From: Acidobacteriota bacterium
Lineage (GTDB): Bacteria > Acidobacteriota > Thermoanaerobaculia > UBA5066
NCBI GenBank assembly: GCA_029567505.1
Contig: JAKPXO010000168.1
Coordinates: forward strand, 2,828-66,827
DNA length: 64,000 nucleotides
Direction: 5' to 3'
Position 1 is the stretch's first letter; the number at the start of each line of letters is the position of its first letter. Below the pieces are notes generated by a model. It saw only the letters and a list, made by a program, of their open reading frames with translations, did not search any database and was not told the DNA's origin. Positions 39,859-49,279 of this stretch are shown piece by piece. The position numbers and the translations under genes are program-made.

Positions 39859-41188
39859 ACGCGTCCGGCTCCACCGCTCCGTCTTCGTCCGACTCGTCGC
39901 CGTCATGGCCGCCTCGACGCTCGCGATCGTCGTGATCGTCGCGATGCTCTTCTTCGGAGCCGTCGGCGGGAACATCGCGACCGTCCGCCGGATCGCGGAC
40001 GACCATGCCCGCCTCCTCGCGACGGCAGCCCCGGACGAAGCCCGCGCCCGCGAGATCGCCGCGCGGCTCGACGTCGCGATTCGCTTCGAAGGCCCCACCG
40101 GCTCCTTCACGACCGACCCCGCGCTCCCGACGATCGCCGAGGCCGAGCGCGAGAGGGCCTCGGCCCGCGGTCCGCTCCGCGGCGCCGACACGACGATCGC
40201 CGAGGCGCCCGGGGGCGGCCGCTACCTCTTCTCCTGGGCGCACGAGAGGCGCCTGAGGGCCGCGCACGACCGTTTCCTCGTCCTCGCGCTCCTCCTCGTC
40301 CTCCTCGTCGTCGTCGTCGCGCACGAGCTGATCCGCCGCTCTCTCCGGCCGCTCCGCCTCCTCCACGCCGGCGTCGAGAGGCTCGCCGAGGGGGAGCTGG
40401 CCGTCGCCCTCCCCGCGAAGAGCCGAGACGAGTTCGGGACGCTCTCGGCGGCGTTCAACGCCATGGTGACCCGCGTCCGCGAGATGGTGTCCGCGCGCGA
40501 CCGGCTCCTTCGCGACGTGAGCCACGAGCTCCGCTCACCGCTTGCCCGGATGAAGGTCGCGCTCGCGCTCCTCTCCGAGGACGGCAAGACACGCGGGATG
40601 AAGGCCGACGTCGCCGAGATGGAGGCGCTCATCTCGCAGCTCCTCGAGCTCGAGCGGCTCCGCGACGGCCGCGGGCTGAACGTGGGCGCTCACGACGTCG
40701 GCCCCCTCCTGAGAGCGGCGGCGGCACCGTTCGAAGAGACCCCTCCGGGCGTCCTCGTCGAGCTCCCCGCGGGCGAGCTCCCGGCCCGGATCGACCCGGA
40801 GAGGATCCGCACGGTCCTCCGAAACCTCCTCGAGAACGCGGCCAAGTACGCGCTTCCCGACAGCGCGCCCGTCGTCCTCTCGGCGACGCGCGAGGACGGC
40901 GGCATCGCGTTCCGCGTGTGCGACGACGGTCCCGGGATCCCCGACGCCGACCGCGCCGCCCTCTTCGAGCCCTTCACCCGCGTCGACCGCTCCCGCTCGA
41001 AGAAGACCGGCGGCTACGGCCTGGGCCTCGCGATCTGCCGGGGAATCGTCGAAGCGCACGGCGGAGCGATCTCGCTCGAGAGCCGCGAGGGGCGTGGCAC
41101 GACGTTTCTCGTGCACCTCCCTGGCGCGGACCGCGTCGACCAACCGCCTCTCGTTGCCCCGACACCCGTACCTTCCCGCACCCGTTGA
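39851..41188 (+). CDS. sensor histidine kinase (HAMP–HisKA–HATPase)
   Basis: Two TM segments, H-box VSHELRSPL, and G-boxes. Confidence 0.85.
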   Translation: MAERVRLHRSVFVRLVAVMAASTLAIVVIVAMLFFGAVGGNIATVRRIADDHARLLATAAPDEARAREIAARLDVAIRFEGPTGSFTTDPALPTIAEAERERASARGPLRGADTTIAEAPGGGRYLFSWAHERRLRAAHDRFLVLALLLVLLVVVVAHELIRRSLRPLRLLHAGVERLAEGELAVALPAKSRDEFGTLSAAFNAMVTRVREMVSARDRLLRDVSHELRSPLARMKVALALLSEDGKTRGMKADVAEMEALISQLLELERLRDGRGLNVGAHDVGPLLRAAAAPFEETPPGVLVELPAGELPARIDPERIRTVLRNLLENAAKYALPDSAPVVLSATREDGGIAFRVCDDGPGIPDADRAALFEPFTRVDRSRSKKTGGYGLGLAICRGIVEAHGGAISLESREGRGTTFLVHLPGADRVDQPPLVAPTPVPSRTR

Positions 41189-41224
41189 CACGGAGCCCGC
41201 TCCGTCCCATATTCCCGCGCGACG

Positions 41225-41305
41225 GATGCCTAGGGGTGGCCGGGAAACCGGCCTGAGAGCAGACCCTCGAACCTGATCCGGGTCATACCGGCGAAGGGAA
41301 CGGCA
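41225..41305 (+). ncRNA. TPP (THI-box) riboswitch
   Basis: atgcctaGGGGTGGCCgggaaaccGGCCTGAGAgcagACCCtcgAACCTGATCCGGGTCATACCGGCGAAGGGAAcggc matches the conserved TPP aptamer. The CUGAGA bulge and the ACCUGAUCnGGnUAAUnCCnGCGnAGGGA pyrophosphate-sensor helix are both present. Downstream hairpins (cggaagcGGGTgcttccg; ccccgcGTgcgggg) directly abut the RBS GGAAGGAGG. Confidence 0.8.
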
Positions 41306-41388
41306 AACGGAAGCGGGTGCTTCCGCAAACCTCGAGAGACCCCGACGGATCCGCTTCGATCCCCGCGTGCGGGGAAGGAGGCGCTTCC

Positions 41389-43647
41389 ATGACCCGAGCC
41401 CCGAAGACGAAGACCCGAAGCCTCGCGGGCGCGCTCGCGCTCGCCCCGCTCCTCGCGCTGGCCGGACTCGCGCCGGCGACGGAGCCCGATCGGCCCGCCA
41501 CGCCGGGCGCGATGGCCCCGGCCGATTCGGCCGCGCCCGTGGCCGCTCCCGAAACGCCGGCGACCACGCCCGCCTCGGAGACGGTTTCATCCGAAGGCGA
41601 CCCGGCCGCCGAGAAGGTCCCGCCGATGCCCCGCCGCGTCGAGGAAGTCGTCGTCCAGGCCGTCCGCGCCGACGTCGACACGCCGGTCACGAAGACCGAC
41701 GTCCCGCGCGCGGAGATCGAGAGGAAGAACCTCGGGCAGGAGATGCCCGCGCTCCTCGCCGACCTCCCTGCGATGACCTACTACTCCGACACGGGGGTCG
41801 GGAACGGCTACGCCTACGTCTCGATGCGCGGCGTCGGCCCGACCCGGATCAACTTCACGCTCGACGGCGTCCCTCTCAACGAGCCGGAGGACGGCACCCT
41901 CTACTTCGTCGACTTCGGCGACCTCGGGAGCTCCGTCGAGAGCCTCCAGGTGCAGCGCGGCGTCGGGACGTCGGCCGCGGGGGTCGCGAGCTTCGTCGGC
42001 TCGGTCAACTTCGCGAGCCTCGACCTCGCCGAGGAGACGACGACGACGGCGCGGTTCGCCCTCGGCTCGTTCGGGACGGAGCGGGCGACGGTCGGCGTCC
42101 AGACGGGACGCCTCGGAGACTCGGGCTTCAAGGCCTACGTCCGCGGCTCCTACCAGGCGACGGACGGCTACCGCGAGAACTCCGAGATCCGGCAGCGGAG
42201 CCTCTTCGGCGGCCTCTCGCACGAGAGCGAGAAGGGGTACTTCAAGCTCTTCGGCTTCCTCGGGCGGGAGCGGTCGCAGTCGGCCTACTACGCCGTCGAG
42301 CCGGAGCTCCTCGAGGAGGACCCGCGCTACAACCCGCTCACCCCCGACGACCGGGACCGCTTCGGCCAGCAGTTCGTGGAAGCGCAGTACACGCGTTTCC
42401 TCTCCGAGACGACGAGCCTCGCCGGGCAGCTCTACGTGAACGACGCCGGCGGCTGGTACCGCCTCTGGAACTCGTCGCGGACGGCGCTCCGCGAGTACGG
42501 CCTCGACTGGACGAACCTCGGCGCGGCCGTGACGCTGAAGACGACGCTCGGGCCGCTCGGGGTGACGTGGGGCGTCCACGGGAGCGACTTCGGGAGCCGG
42601 CGGACACGCGACGTCGTCGACGGCGCGCGCTCTTACGAGAACCGCGGCTTCAAGGACGAGGCCTCGACGTTCGTGAAGCTCTCGCGCGACGCCGGCGACT
42701 GGCACCTCTACGCCGACGCGCAGCTCCGCTGGGCCCGCTTCCGCTACGACGGCACCGTCGCCGTCGCCCCGGTCTCCTGGACCTTCTTCAACCCGAAGCT
42801 CGGCGTCCGCCGCGATCTCGGGAAGGACCTTTCCCTCTACGCCTCCGTCGGGATGACGAGCCGCGAGCCGGGCCGGGGCGACCTCCTCCTCGGCGAAGAG
42901 AACATCTCCGTCCCGCACGACCTCGACGCGGTGAAGCCGGAGAAGGTCGTGGCGTTCGAGGTCGGGGCCGCCTGGAAGGGCGGCCCCTTCGCCGCCCAGC
43001 TGAACCTCTACGACATGGAGTTCCGCGACGAGATCGCCCTGACGGGCGAGCAGTCGGAGGTGGGGCTCTCGATCCGACGGAACGCCGAACGGAGCTTCCG
43101 GCGCGGCCTCGAGTGGGACCTGGCCTTCCGCCCGCGCGAGGAGCTCGCGTTCCGCTTCACCGGGAGCTGGAGCTGGAACCGGATCCGCTCCTGGACGCAG
43201 TTCTACGAGGTCTACGACGACGCGGGCGAGTGGGCCGGGACGACGAGCCGGACGTTCTCGGACGTCGAGCCGGTCCTCTCGCCGCCGTTCGTCGGGAACC
43301 TGATCGTGGAGGGCTCGCCCCTCCCCGGCCTGACGCTCGGGGCGACCGGGCGGTACGTGGCGAAGGCGTGGCTCGACAACACGAACGCCGAAGGGATCGC
43401 GACGCCGTCGTGGTGGAAGGTCGACCTCTCGGCCTCGTACGACCTCTCGCGCTTCGTGAAGACGGGAAGCCCGAAGGTGAAGGTCGTCGTCGAGAACCTC
43501 TTCGACGAGGAGAAGATCTGGGCGAACGGCTACAGCTGGCTCTACGCGACGCGCGACGGAGCGGGCCGGGAGGCGCTCGGGGCGATCCCGTACTATTTCC
43601 CCATGGCGACGCGCAGCGTGACGGCCGTCCTCGACCTGGGGTTCTGA
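41389..43647 (+). CDS. TonB-dependent outer-membrane receptor
   Basis: Signal peptide. Plug-domain motifs and a 22-strand barrel ending in the C-terminal Phe (VLDLGF*). Confidence 0.85.
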   Translation: MTRAPKTKTRSLAGALALAPLLALAGLAPATEPDRPATPGAMAPADSAAPVAAPETPATTPASETVSSEGDPAAEKVPPMPRRVEEVVVQAVRADVDTPVTKTDVPRAEIERKNLGQEMPALLADLPAMTYYSDTGVGNGYAYVSMRGVGPTRINFTLDGVPLNEPEDGTLYFVDFGDLGSSVESLQVQRGVGTSAAGVASFVGSVNFASLDLAEETTTTARFALGSFGTERATVGVQTGRLGDSGFKAYVRGSYQATDGYRENSEIRQRSLFGGLSHESEKGYFKLFGFLGRERSQSAYYAVEPELLEEDPRYNPLTPDDRDRFGQQFVEAQYTRFLSETTSLAGQLYVNDAGGWYRLWNSSRTALREYGLDWTNLGAAVTLKTTLGPLGVTWGVHGSDFGSRRTRDVVDGARSYENRGFKDEASTFVKLSRDAGDWHLYADAQLRWARFRYDGTVAVAPVSWTFFNPKLGVRRDLGKDLSLYASVGMTSREPGRGDLLLGEENISVPHDLDAVKPEKVVAFEVGAAWKGGPFAAQLNLYDMEFRDEIALTGEQSEVGLSIRRNAERSFRRGLEWDLAFRPREELAFRFTGSWSWNRIRSWTQFYEVYDDAGEWAGTTSRTFSDVEPVLSPPFVGNLIVEGSPLPGLTLGATGRYVAKAWLDNTNAEGIATPSWWKVDLSASYDLSRFVKTGSPKVKVVVENLFDEEKIWANGYSWLYATRDGAGREALGAIPYYFPMATRSVTAVLDLGF

Positions 43648-43648
43648 C

Positions 43649-44245
43649 CTGAACGCGCTCGAGGTCGCCGGCTTCCTCACGGGGATCCTCGCCGTCTGGC
43701 TGACGGCGAAGGAGAGCCCGTGGTGCTGGCCGACGGGGATCGTCAACGTCTCGCTCTACGCCGTCGTCTTCGCGCAGGCGAAGCTCTACGCCGACATGGG
43801 GCTGCAGGGGGTCTTCCTCGCCGTCTGCGCCTATGGCTGGTGGGAGTGGCTCCACGGCGGCGAGGGAGGCGGCCGGCTCGCGGTCTCGCGCGCCTCGCGA
43901 CCGCTCCTTTTCGGCCTCGTCCTCGCGGGCGCCGTCTTCGCGGCCGCGCTCGGCTGGGGCCTTCACCGCGGCACGGACGCCGCCTTCCCGTTCGTCGACT
44001 CCACGCTCGCCTCCTTCAGCCTCGTGGCCCAGTACCTGCAGTCGGTGAAGAAGCTCGAGACCTGGTGGTTCTGGATCGCCGTCGACGTCGGCTACGTCGG
44101 GATGTACCTCGCGAAGGGGCTCACTCTCACGGCGCTCCTCTACGCGATCTTCCTCGCGCTCTGCGTCATCGGCCTGCGCGACTGGAGGCGCTCGCTCGAG
44201 GCGCCGCCGGCCGCGGACGCCGCCCCGGCCGCGGAGCCCGCGTGA
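43649..44245 (+). CDS. PnuC-family transporter (PnuT-like, given riboswitch context)
   Basis: Conserved PnuC N-terminus LEVAGFLTGILAVWLTAKESPWCWPTGIVNVSLYAVVFAQAKLYADMGLQ...YGWWEW and the WWFWI motif. The only in-frame initiator before the conserved region is CTG at 43649, directly after the receptor TGA. The track ORF starts at the internal ATG 43796. Confidence 0.75.
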   Translation: MNALEVAGFLTGILAVWLTAKESPWCWPTGIVNVSLYAVVFAQAKLYADMGLQGVFLAVCAYGWWEWLHGGEGGGRLAVSRASRPLLFGLVLAGAVFAAALGWGLHRGTDAAFPFVDSTLASFSLVAQYLQSVKKLETWWFWIAVDVGYVGMYLAKGLTLTALLYAIFLALCVIGLRDWRRSLEAPPAADAAPAAEPA

Positions 44246-44790
44246 GGCCGCTCCGCGTCGTCGTCACCGGCTCGGAGTGCACGGGAAAGACGACGCTCGC
44301 GCGCGCGCTCGCAAAGCGATTCGGCGCCCCGTGGGTCCCCGAGTTCTGCCGCGGCTGGCAGGACGCGAAGGGGGCCCCGCTCGAGGCCGGGGACGTCGCG
44401 CCGATCGCGCGCGGGCAGGTCGCGGTGGCCGTCGCCGCCGAGGCGGCCGCGCGGGAGCTCGTCGTCCTCGACACGGACCTCCTCTCCACGGTCGTCTACG
44501 CGCGTCACTACTACGGAGCCTGCCCCGGCTGGGTCGAGGATGCGGCGCGGGCACGCCTCGCCGACCTCTACCTCCTCTGCGCGCCCGACCTGCCCTGGAC
44601 CGCCGACGGCATCCGCGACCGTGGCAAAGCCCGCGAGGAGATGCACCGCCTCTTCGCGGAGGAGCTCGCCCGCGCCGGGGCCCGCGTGACCCCGGTCTCG
44701 GGGCTCGGCCCGGCGCGCGGGGACGAGGCCGCCGCCGCGGTGGCGCGCTCCCTCGCCCGGCGCTCCCCCGGGGCACGGTCCGCCGGATAG
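44242..44790 (+). CDS. NadR-type P-loop kinase (ribosylnicotinamide-kinase-like domain)
   Basis: GTGA overlap with pnuC. Walker A VVVTGSECTGKTTLARALA. VLDTDLLSTVVYARHYYG and WVEDAARARLADLYLL parallel the NadR RNK domain (IDTDFITTQAF; WVDDGLRSLG). Confidence 0.7.
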   Translation: MRPLRVVVTGSECTGKTTLARALAKRFGAPWVPEFCRGWQDAKGAPLEAGDVAPIARGQVAVAVAAEAAARELVVLDTDLLSTVVYARHYYGACPGWVEDAARARLADLYLLCAPDLPWTADGIRDRGKAREEMHRLFAEELARAGARVTPVSGLGPARGDEAAAAVARSLARRSPGARSAG

Positions 44791-44862
44791 ACTCCCTGCA
44801 ACCAACGCCCCCGGCAGCACGGATCGACCCCGCACGGCCCCGAGCCGGAAGAAGGAGGACCC

Positions 44863-45258
44863 ATGAACCGCAGCCGCCTGCCCCTCGCCCTCGTCGTCCT
44901 CGCCCTCCTCGCGACCGCCTACCCCGCGGCGGCGGATCGCTGGGTCCTCCTCGGCGAGAAGCACGTCACCGACCGCGTCGAGAGGGATACGATCGTCGTC
45001 ACCGCCACCCGCGGCGACTTCGAGGCGATCCAGGTCCGGGTGAAACGCGCCGCCGTACGCTTCGTCGACGTCAAGGTCATCTACGGGAACGGCTCGACGG
45101 ACGACCTCGCCATTCGCGACGTCATTCCTGCCGGGGGCGAGTCCCGCGTGATCGACCTGAAGGGAGGCGACCGCGTCCTCCACCGCGTCGACTTCGTCTA
45201 CGAAGCGAAGTCGCTCGGGCGGCGCGGTGCGCTCGTCCAGGTCTGGGGCCGGCGCTGA
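44863..45258 (+). CDS. secreted hypothetical protein
   Basis: Signal peptide MNRSRLPLALVVLALLATAYPAAA, ~100 aa mature. No family recognised. Confidence 0.5.
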   Translation: MNRSRLPLALVVLALLATAYPAAADRWVLLGEKHVTDRVERDTIVVTATRGDFEAIQVRVKRAAVRFVDVKVIYGNGSTDDLAIRDVIPAGGESRVIDLKGGDRVLHRVDFVYEAKSLGRRGALVQVWGRR

Positions 45259-45269
45259 AGGAAGCCGAC

Positions 45270-46157
45270 GTGGGCAAGGACGCGAAGCTCTCCCGCCCCT
45301 ACCGCGTCGAAAGCGGGAAGAAGTTCCGCCTGAAGGACTTCGACCCGGGCGACACCGGCGGACTCAAGCTCGAGAAGGACCACGCCGCCGAGAAGCTCGA
45401 GAAGGGGGTCGATCTCCTCGCCGCGCTCCAGGACAAGCTCTACGCCCAGGACAAGCGGGCCCTCCTCCTCATCTTCCAGGCGATGGACGCCGCCGGGAAG
45501 GACGGCACGATCAAGCACGTCATGTCGGGCGTGAACCCCCAGGGGTGCCAGGTCTTCGCGTTCAAGGCGCCGTCGGCCGAGGAGCTCGACCACGACTTCC
45601 TCTGGAGGACGACGAAGTGCCTCCCGGAGCGAGGGCGGATCGGCATCTTCAACCGCTCGTACTACGAGGAGGTCCTCGTCGTGCGGGTCCACCCGCAGAT
45701 CCTCGCGGGGCAGAAGCTCCCGCCCGAGCTCGTGACGAAGAGGATCTGGGACGAGCGCCTCGAGGACATCGCCGCGATGGAGCGCTACCTGACGCGGAAC
45801 GGGATCGCCGTCGTCAAGTTCTTCCTGAACGTGTCGAAGAAGGAGCAGCGGAAACGCTTCCTCGACCGGCTCGAGGAGCCCGACAAGAACTGGAAGTTCG
45901 CGCTCGGCGACGTCGAGGAGCGGAAGCACTGGGACGCCTACCAGGAGGCCTACGAGGAGGCGATCCGCGCGACGGCGACCCCCTGGGCGCCCTGGTACGT
46001 CGTTCCGGCCGACGCGAAGTGGTACACGCGCCTCGTCGTCGCCTCGGCGGTGATCGACGCGCTCGAGAGGATGGACCTCGCCTACCCGGAGGTCGACGAG
46101 GCGAAGAAGGCGGAGCTCGAGAAGGCGCGGGAGGCGTTGGCGACGGCGAAGGGCTGA
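45270..46157 (+). CDS. ppk2: polyphosphate kinase 2 (PPK2) family nucleotide phosphotransferase
   Basis: GTG with gaaggaag upstream. PPK2 motifs IFQAMDAAGKDGT (Walker A-like) and FNRSYYEEV, and a lid region. Confidence 0.85.
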   Translation: MGKDAKLSRPYRVESGKKFRLKDFDPGDTGGLKLEKDHAAEKLEKGVDLLAALQDKLYAQDKRALLLIFQAMDAAGKDGTIKHVMSGVNPQGCQVFAFKAPSAEELDHDFLWRTTKCLPERGRIGIFNRSYYEEVLVVRVHPQILAGQKLPPELVTKRIWDERLEDIAAMERYLTRNGIAVVKFFLNVSKKEQRKRFLDRLEEPDKNWKFALGDVEERKHWDAYQEAYEEAIRATATPWAPWYVVPADAKWYTRLVVASAVIDALERMDLAYPEVDEAKKAELEKAREALATAKG

Positions 46158-46167
46158 TCGCCCCGGC

Positions 46168-47154
46168 TCAGGAGTGGAGCTCGACGACGTCGCGGTCCGC
46201 GAGGACGTGGGCCCGGTCGACCTGCTGCCCGTCGAACTTCGCGTGCCCCCAGATCCGCGCGAAGCGAAGGGCGGAGGCGACGTCCTTGTGGACGCGTTCC
46301 GCGAGGTCGTGGACCGTCGCGCCGTCGGGGAGGACGAACGGGGCGGCGAGATCGGGCTTCTTCCCGGGCTCCTTCGCGTAGACGCGGATCCGCCGCAGCT
46401 CGCGCCAGAGGAGGAGCCGTAGATCGTCGAGCCCCGCTCCCGAGAGGGCCGAGACCGGATGGAATGGCAGGTCCGTCCCGATCGCCTCGCGCGCCATCTC
46501 GGCGAACGTCCCGTCGTCGAGGTCACTCTTGTTCCCGAGCGCGATGACCGGCCTCACGGCGAGGAAGGGCGGCGCATCAGCGGGGAGCGGCCGCACGCGC
46601 GGCCAGACGCGCGCCTTCTCGAGGAGCTCGAGGAGGAGCTTCGCCGAATCCTCCCCGTCGTCCGCGGCCACGTCGAGGACGAGGAGGACGCCGTCGGCGT
46701 TGTGGGCGAGGTTCGCGAGGTAGGGCTCGGTGTGGCCTGCGGCGACCGCCGGGGTGTCGACGAGCTGCACCTGGACGTCCTCGAACGGCATCATCCCGGG
46801 GAGCGGGACGCGGGTCGTGAAGGGGTACTCCCCGATCTCCGGGTGGGCATGGGTGAGGGCGGCGAGGAGGGTGGACTTCCCCGCGTTCGGCTCGCCGAGG
46901 AGGACCCACTGGCCGGCCCCCTCGCGCTTCACGTGCCCCGGGTCCGCCCGCCGCCCGCCGTGCGCGGCGTGCTCGACCTCGCTCTCGAGCTTCGCGAGCC
47001 TCTTCTTCAGGTCGGCGTAGAGCTTCTCGGTCCCCTTGTGCTTCGGGAGGAGCGCGATCATCTCGCGCATCGCCGCGAGCCTCTCCTCGTGCGTCGCCGC
47101 CGCCTTAAACCGCTCCTCGGCGTCGTGGTAGGGCGGCGTCAGGTTCGCGGGCAC
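46168..47154 (-). CDS. Obg/DRG-like GTPase with C-terminal TGS domain
   Basis: Start taken at GTG (VPANLTPPYHDAEERFK...). G1 GEPNAGKST, G3 DTPAV, G4 NKSD. The C-terminal TGS-like module reads IRVYAKEPGKKPD...ARIWG. Upstream in-frame sequence would overlap the next gene and looks non-coding. Confidence 0.75.
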   Translation of the reverse strand: MPANLTPPYHDAEERFKAAATHEERLAAMREMIALLPKHKGTEKLYADLKKRLAKLESEVEHAAHGGRRADPGHVKREGAGQWVLLGEPNAGKSTLLAALTHAHPEIGEYPFTTRVPLPGMMPFEDVQVQLVDTPAVAAGHTEPYLANLAHNADGVLLVLDVAADDGEDSAKLLLELLEKARVWPRVRPLPADAPPFLAVRPVIALGNKSDLDDGTFAEMAREAIGTDLPFHPVSALSGAGLDDLRLLLWRELRRIRVYAKEPGKKPDLAAPFVLPDGATVHDLAERVHKDVASALRFARIWGHAKFDGQQVDRAHVLADRDVVELHS

Positions 47155-47209
47155 GGCTAAATTATGCTTCCGGACCGGGCGCTCGGGAGACGCTATCCTT
47201 CTGCTCGTC

Positions 47210-49207
47210 GTGAGCGCCCTCGTCGAGACGGTCCTCTCCGCAGGCACGCCCGAGGAGCGCGCCGACGCCTTCGTCCGGCTCCTGCGGGAGTCGCCGCCGC
47301 CGGCGCCCGGCGCGGCCGGCCCGAGGTCCCGGGTCGGTACGATCCTCGACGCCCTCGAGGCGTCCCCCGAGGTCCGGTCGAGCTTCCTGTCGTCGCTCTC
47401 GGCGCTCTTCGCCGAGGGGGACGGGACCGCGCTCTTCGGCGACGTCGGCATTCCGAGCGACAAGGGGTTCTTCGCCGAGCTCGGGAGCCGCGTCTCCGCC
47501 CGGCTGATCCCCTCTCCCCGTGATGCGCACGACCTCGCCGAGATCGCGGCCCGGCTCTTCCGCTCCGAGGCCGACGTCGTCGCCTTCCGGGAGCTTCCGC
47601 TTTCCGACCTCCATCGCCTCGTCCGCCTGCTCGAGACGGGGCTCTCGCGTGAGGCCTCCGCCTCCCTCTCGAGAGCCTTCGCCGACGGGTTCCGTCTCCT
47701 CCTGGCGCGGATCCACGCGCAGGGGCTCTCGCGGGAGCTTCGCTCGCGCGCGACCCCGGGCTCGATCTCGGCGTCCCCCTTCCACCGTCTCCTTCGCTCC
47801 GGGGACGCTCTCCTCGACGCCTGGCTCTGCGGCCGGGAGGTCGGCCCGGCCCTTCAGTCCTTCAACAAGGACTCGGGCGACTGCCGCAAGGAGGTGCGCG
47901 CCATCCAGCGGCGGCTCGAGGAGGCCGGCGTCAGCGTCGACGTCGTCTTCGGCCTCGAAGTGATCGACCGGTGCCTGACCCGCACCGCTCTCATGGCGGA
48001 CGTGATCACGCTCGGGCCCGGGCCGGATCGTTCGCGCGCCCTCCACAGGCTCCTCGCCCGCCTCGTGCTCAACGCGCACGAGGACCGGAGCGTCCTCCAC
48101 CTCGTGAGGTGGAACCTCCACCTCCTCGACCGGAAGATCGTCGACAGGACCGGGAAGACCGGGGAGCACTACGTCGCCGCGACCCGGCCCGAGTACCGCC
48201 ACATCTGGCTCGCGGCCGCCGGCGGCGGAATCGTCACCGTCTTCACGGCGGCGTTCAAGATGCTCGTCCACGAGTGGCACCTCGCCGCGTTTCCGGAGAG
48301 CTTCCTCTACGGCCTCAACTACGCGATCAGCTTCCTCCTGATGCAGGCGTTCGGCCTCATCCTCGCGACGAAGCAGCCCGCGATGACGGCGGCCGCCCTG
48401 GCGAGCATCCTTCGCGAGACGACGGGCGACGACCGGGAGGAGCGGATCGCGGGCTTCTTCGCCCGGCTCACGAGCTCGCAGCTCGCCGCCGCGCTCTCGA
48501 ACGTCCTCGTCGTGAGCGCGGGCGCGGCCGCCTTCGTGGCGGCCTGGAGCGCGCTCGCCGGCCGGCCGTGGGTCGACGAGAAGACGGCGCGCGAGACGTT
48601 CCTCGTCCTCAGCCCGCTCGACAGCGGTACGGTCTTCTTCGCCGCGCTCACGGGAGTCCTCCTCTGGCTCGGGAGCGTGGCCGGCGGCTGGTTCGAGAAC
48701 TGGTCGACCTACCACCGCCTCCCCGAAGGAATCGCCCGCCACCCGATCGGACGACTCGTCGGAGCCGACCGGATGCGGCGCGCCGCCGACGCCCTCTCGC
48801 GCAACGCTTCGGGCTGGGCGACGAACGTCGCGCTCGGCTTCCTGCTCGGGTTCGCTCCCGCGATCGGCCGCTTCTTCGGCATCCCGTTCGACGTCCGCCA
48901 CGTCACCCTCTCCACGGGGCAGCTCGGGCTCGCGGCCTCGAGCCTCGGCCAGGGCTGGTTCGCGGAGGGCGCGTTCCTGCGCGGCCTCGCGGGGATCGGC
49001 GTGATGTTCGTCCTGAACCTCTCGGTGGCTTTCTCGCTGTCGCTCTTCAACGCGGCGCGGGCCTACGAGATGCCGCCCGGGGAGCTTGCTGGCGTCCTGA
49101 AGCACGTCCTTCAGCGAGCGCTTCGCCGCCCGCTGGACTTCGTGCGGCCGCCGCGGCCGACCCCCCGGGAAGGGCCGGCGCAAGAGCCTTCGCCCCCGAC
49201 GGAGTAA
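47210..49207 (+). CDS. large membrane protein, possibly of the so-called 'site-specific recombinase' (PF10136-like) family
   Basis: 665 aa with a soluble N-terminal half and a multi-TM C-terminal half. The family assignment is from memory of the architecture only. Confidence 0.55.
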   Translation: MSALVETVLSAGTPEERADAFVRLLRESPPPAPGAAGPRSRVGTILDALEASPEVRSSFLSSLSALFAEGDGTALFGDVGIPSDKGFFAELGSRVSARLIPSPRDAHDLAEIAARLFRSEADVVAFRELPLSDLHRLVRLLETGLSREASASLSRAFADGFRLLLARIHAQGLSRELRSRATPGSISASPFHRLLRSGDALLDAWLCGREVGPALQSFNKDSGDCRKEVRAIQRRLEEAGVSVDVVFGLEVIDRCLTRTALMADVITLGPGPDRSRALHRLLARLVLNAHEDRSVLHLVRWNLHLLDRKIVDRTGKTGEHYVAATRPEYRHIWLAAAGGGIVTVFTAAFKMLVHEWHLAAFPESFLYGLNYAISFLLMQAFGLILATKQPAMTAAALASILRETTGDDREERIAGFFARLTSSQLAAALSNVLVVSAGAAAFVAAWSALAGRPWVDEKTARETFLVLSPLDSGTVFFAALTGVLLWLGSVAGGWFENWSTYHRLPEGIARHPIGRLVGADRMRRAADALSRNASGWATNVALGFLLGFAPAIGRFFGIPFDVRHVTLSTGQLGLAASSLGQGWFAEGAFLRGLAGIGVMFVLNLSVAFSLSLFNAARAYEMPPGELAGVLKHVLQRALRRPLDFVRPPRPTPREGPAQEPSPPTE

Positions 49208-49279
49208 CTAAGTCTTTTCTGATCAGTAGGATAAAAATGAGTGACACCTCGATGCAAAATATATAATGTAGAGAACATC
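49208..49279. promoter_or_regulatory. AT-rich island (promoter/operator) upstream of GntR-family gene
   Basis: taactaagtcttttCTGATCAGtaggataaaaatgagtgacacctcgatgcaaaatatataatgtagagaacatc has ~30 % GC against ~70 % background. It contains a TATAAT-like box and an 8-bp palindrome CTGATCAG. Confidence 0.35.
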
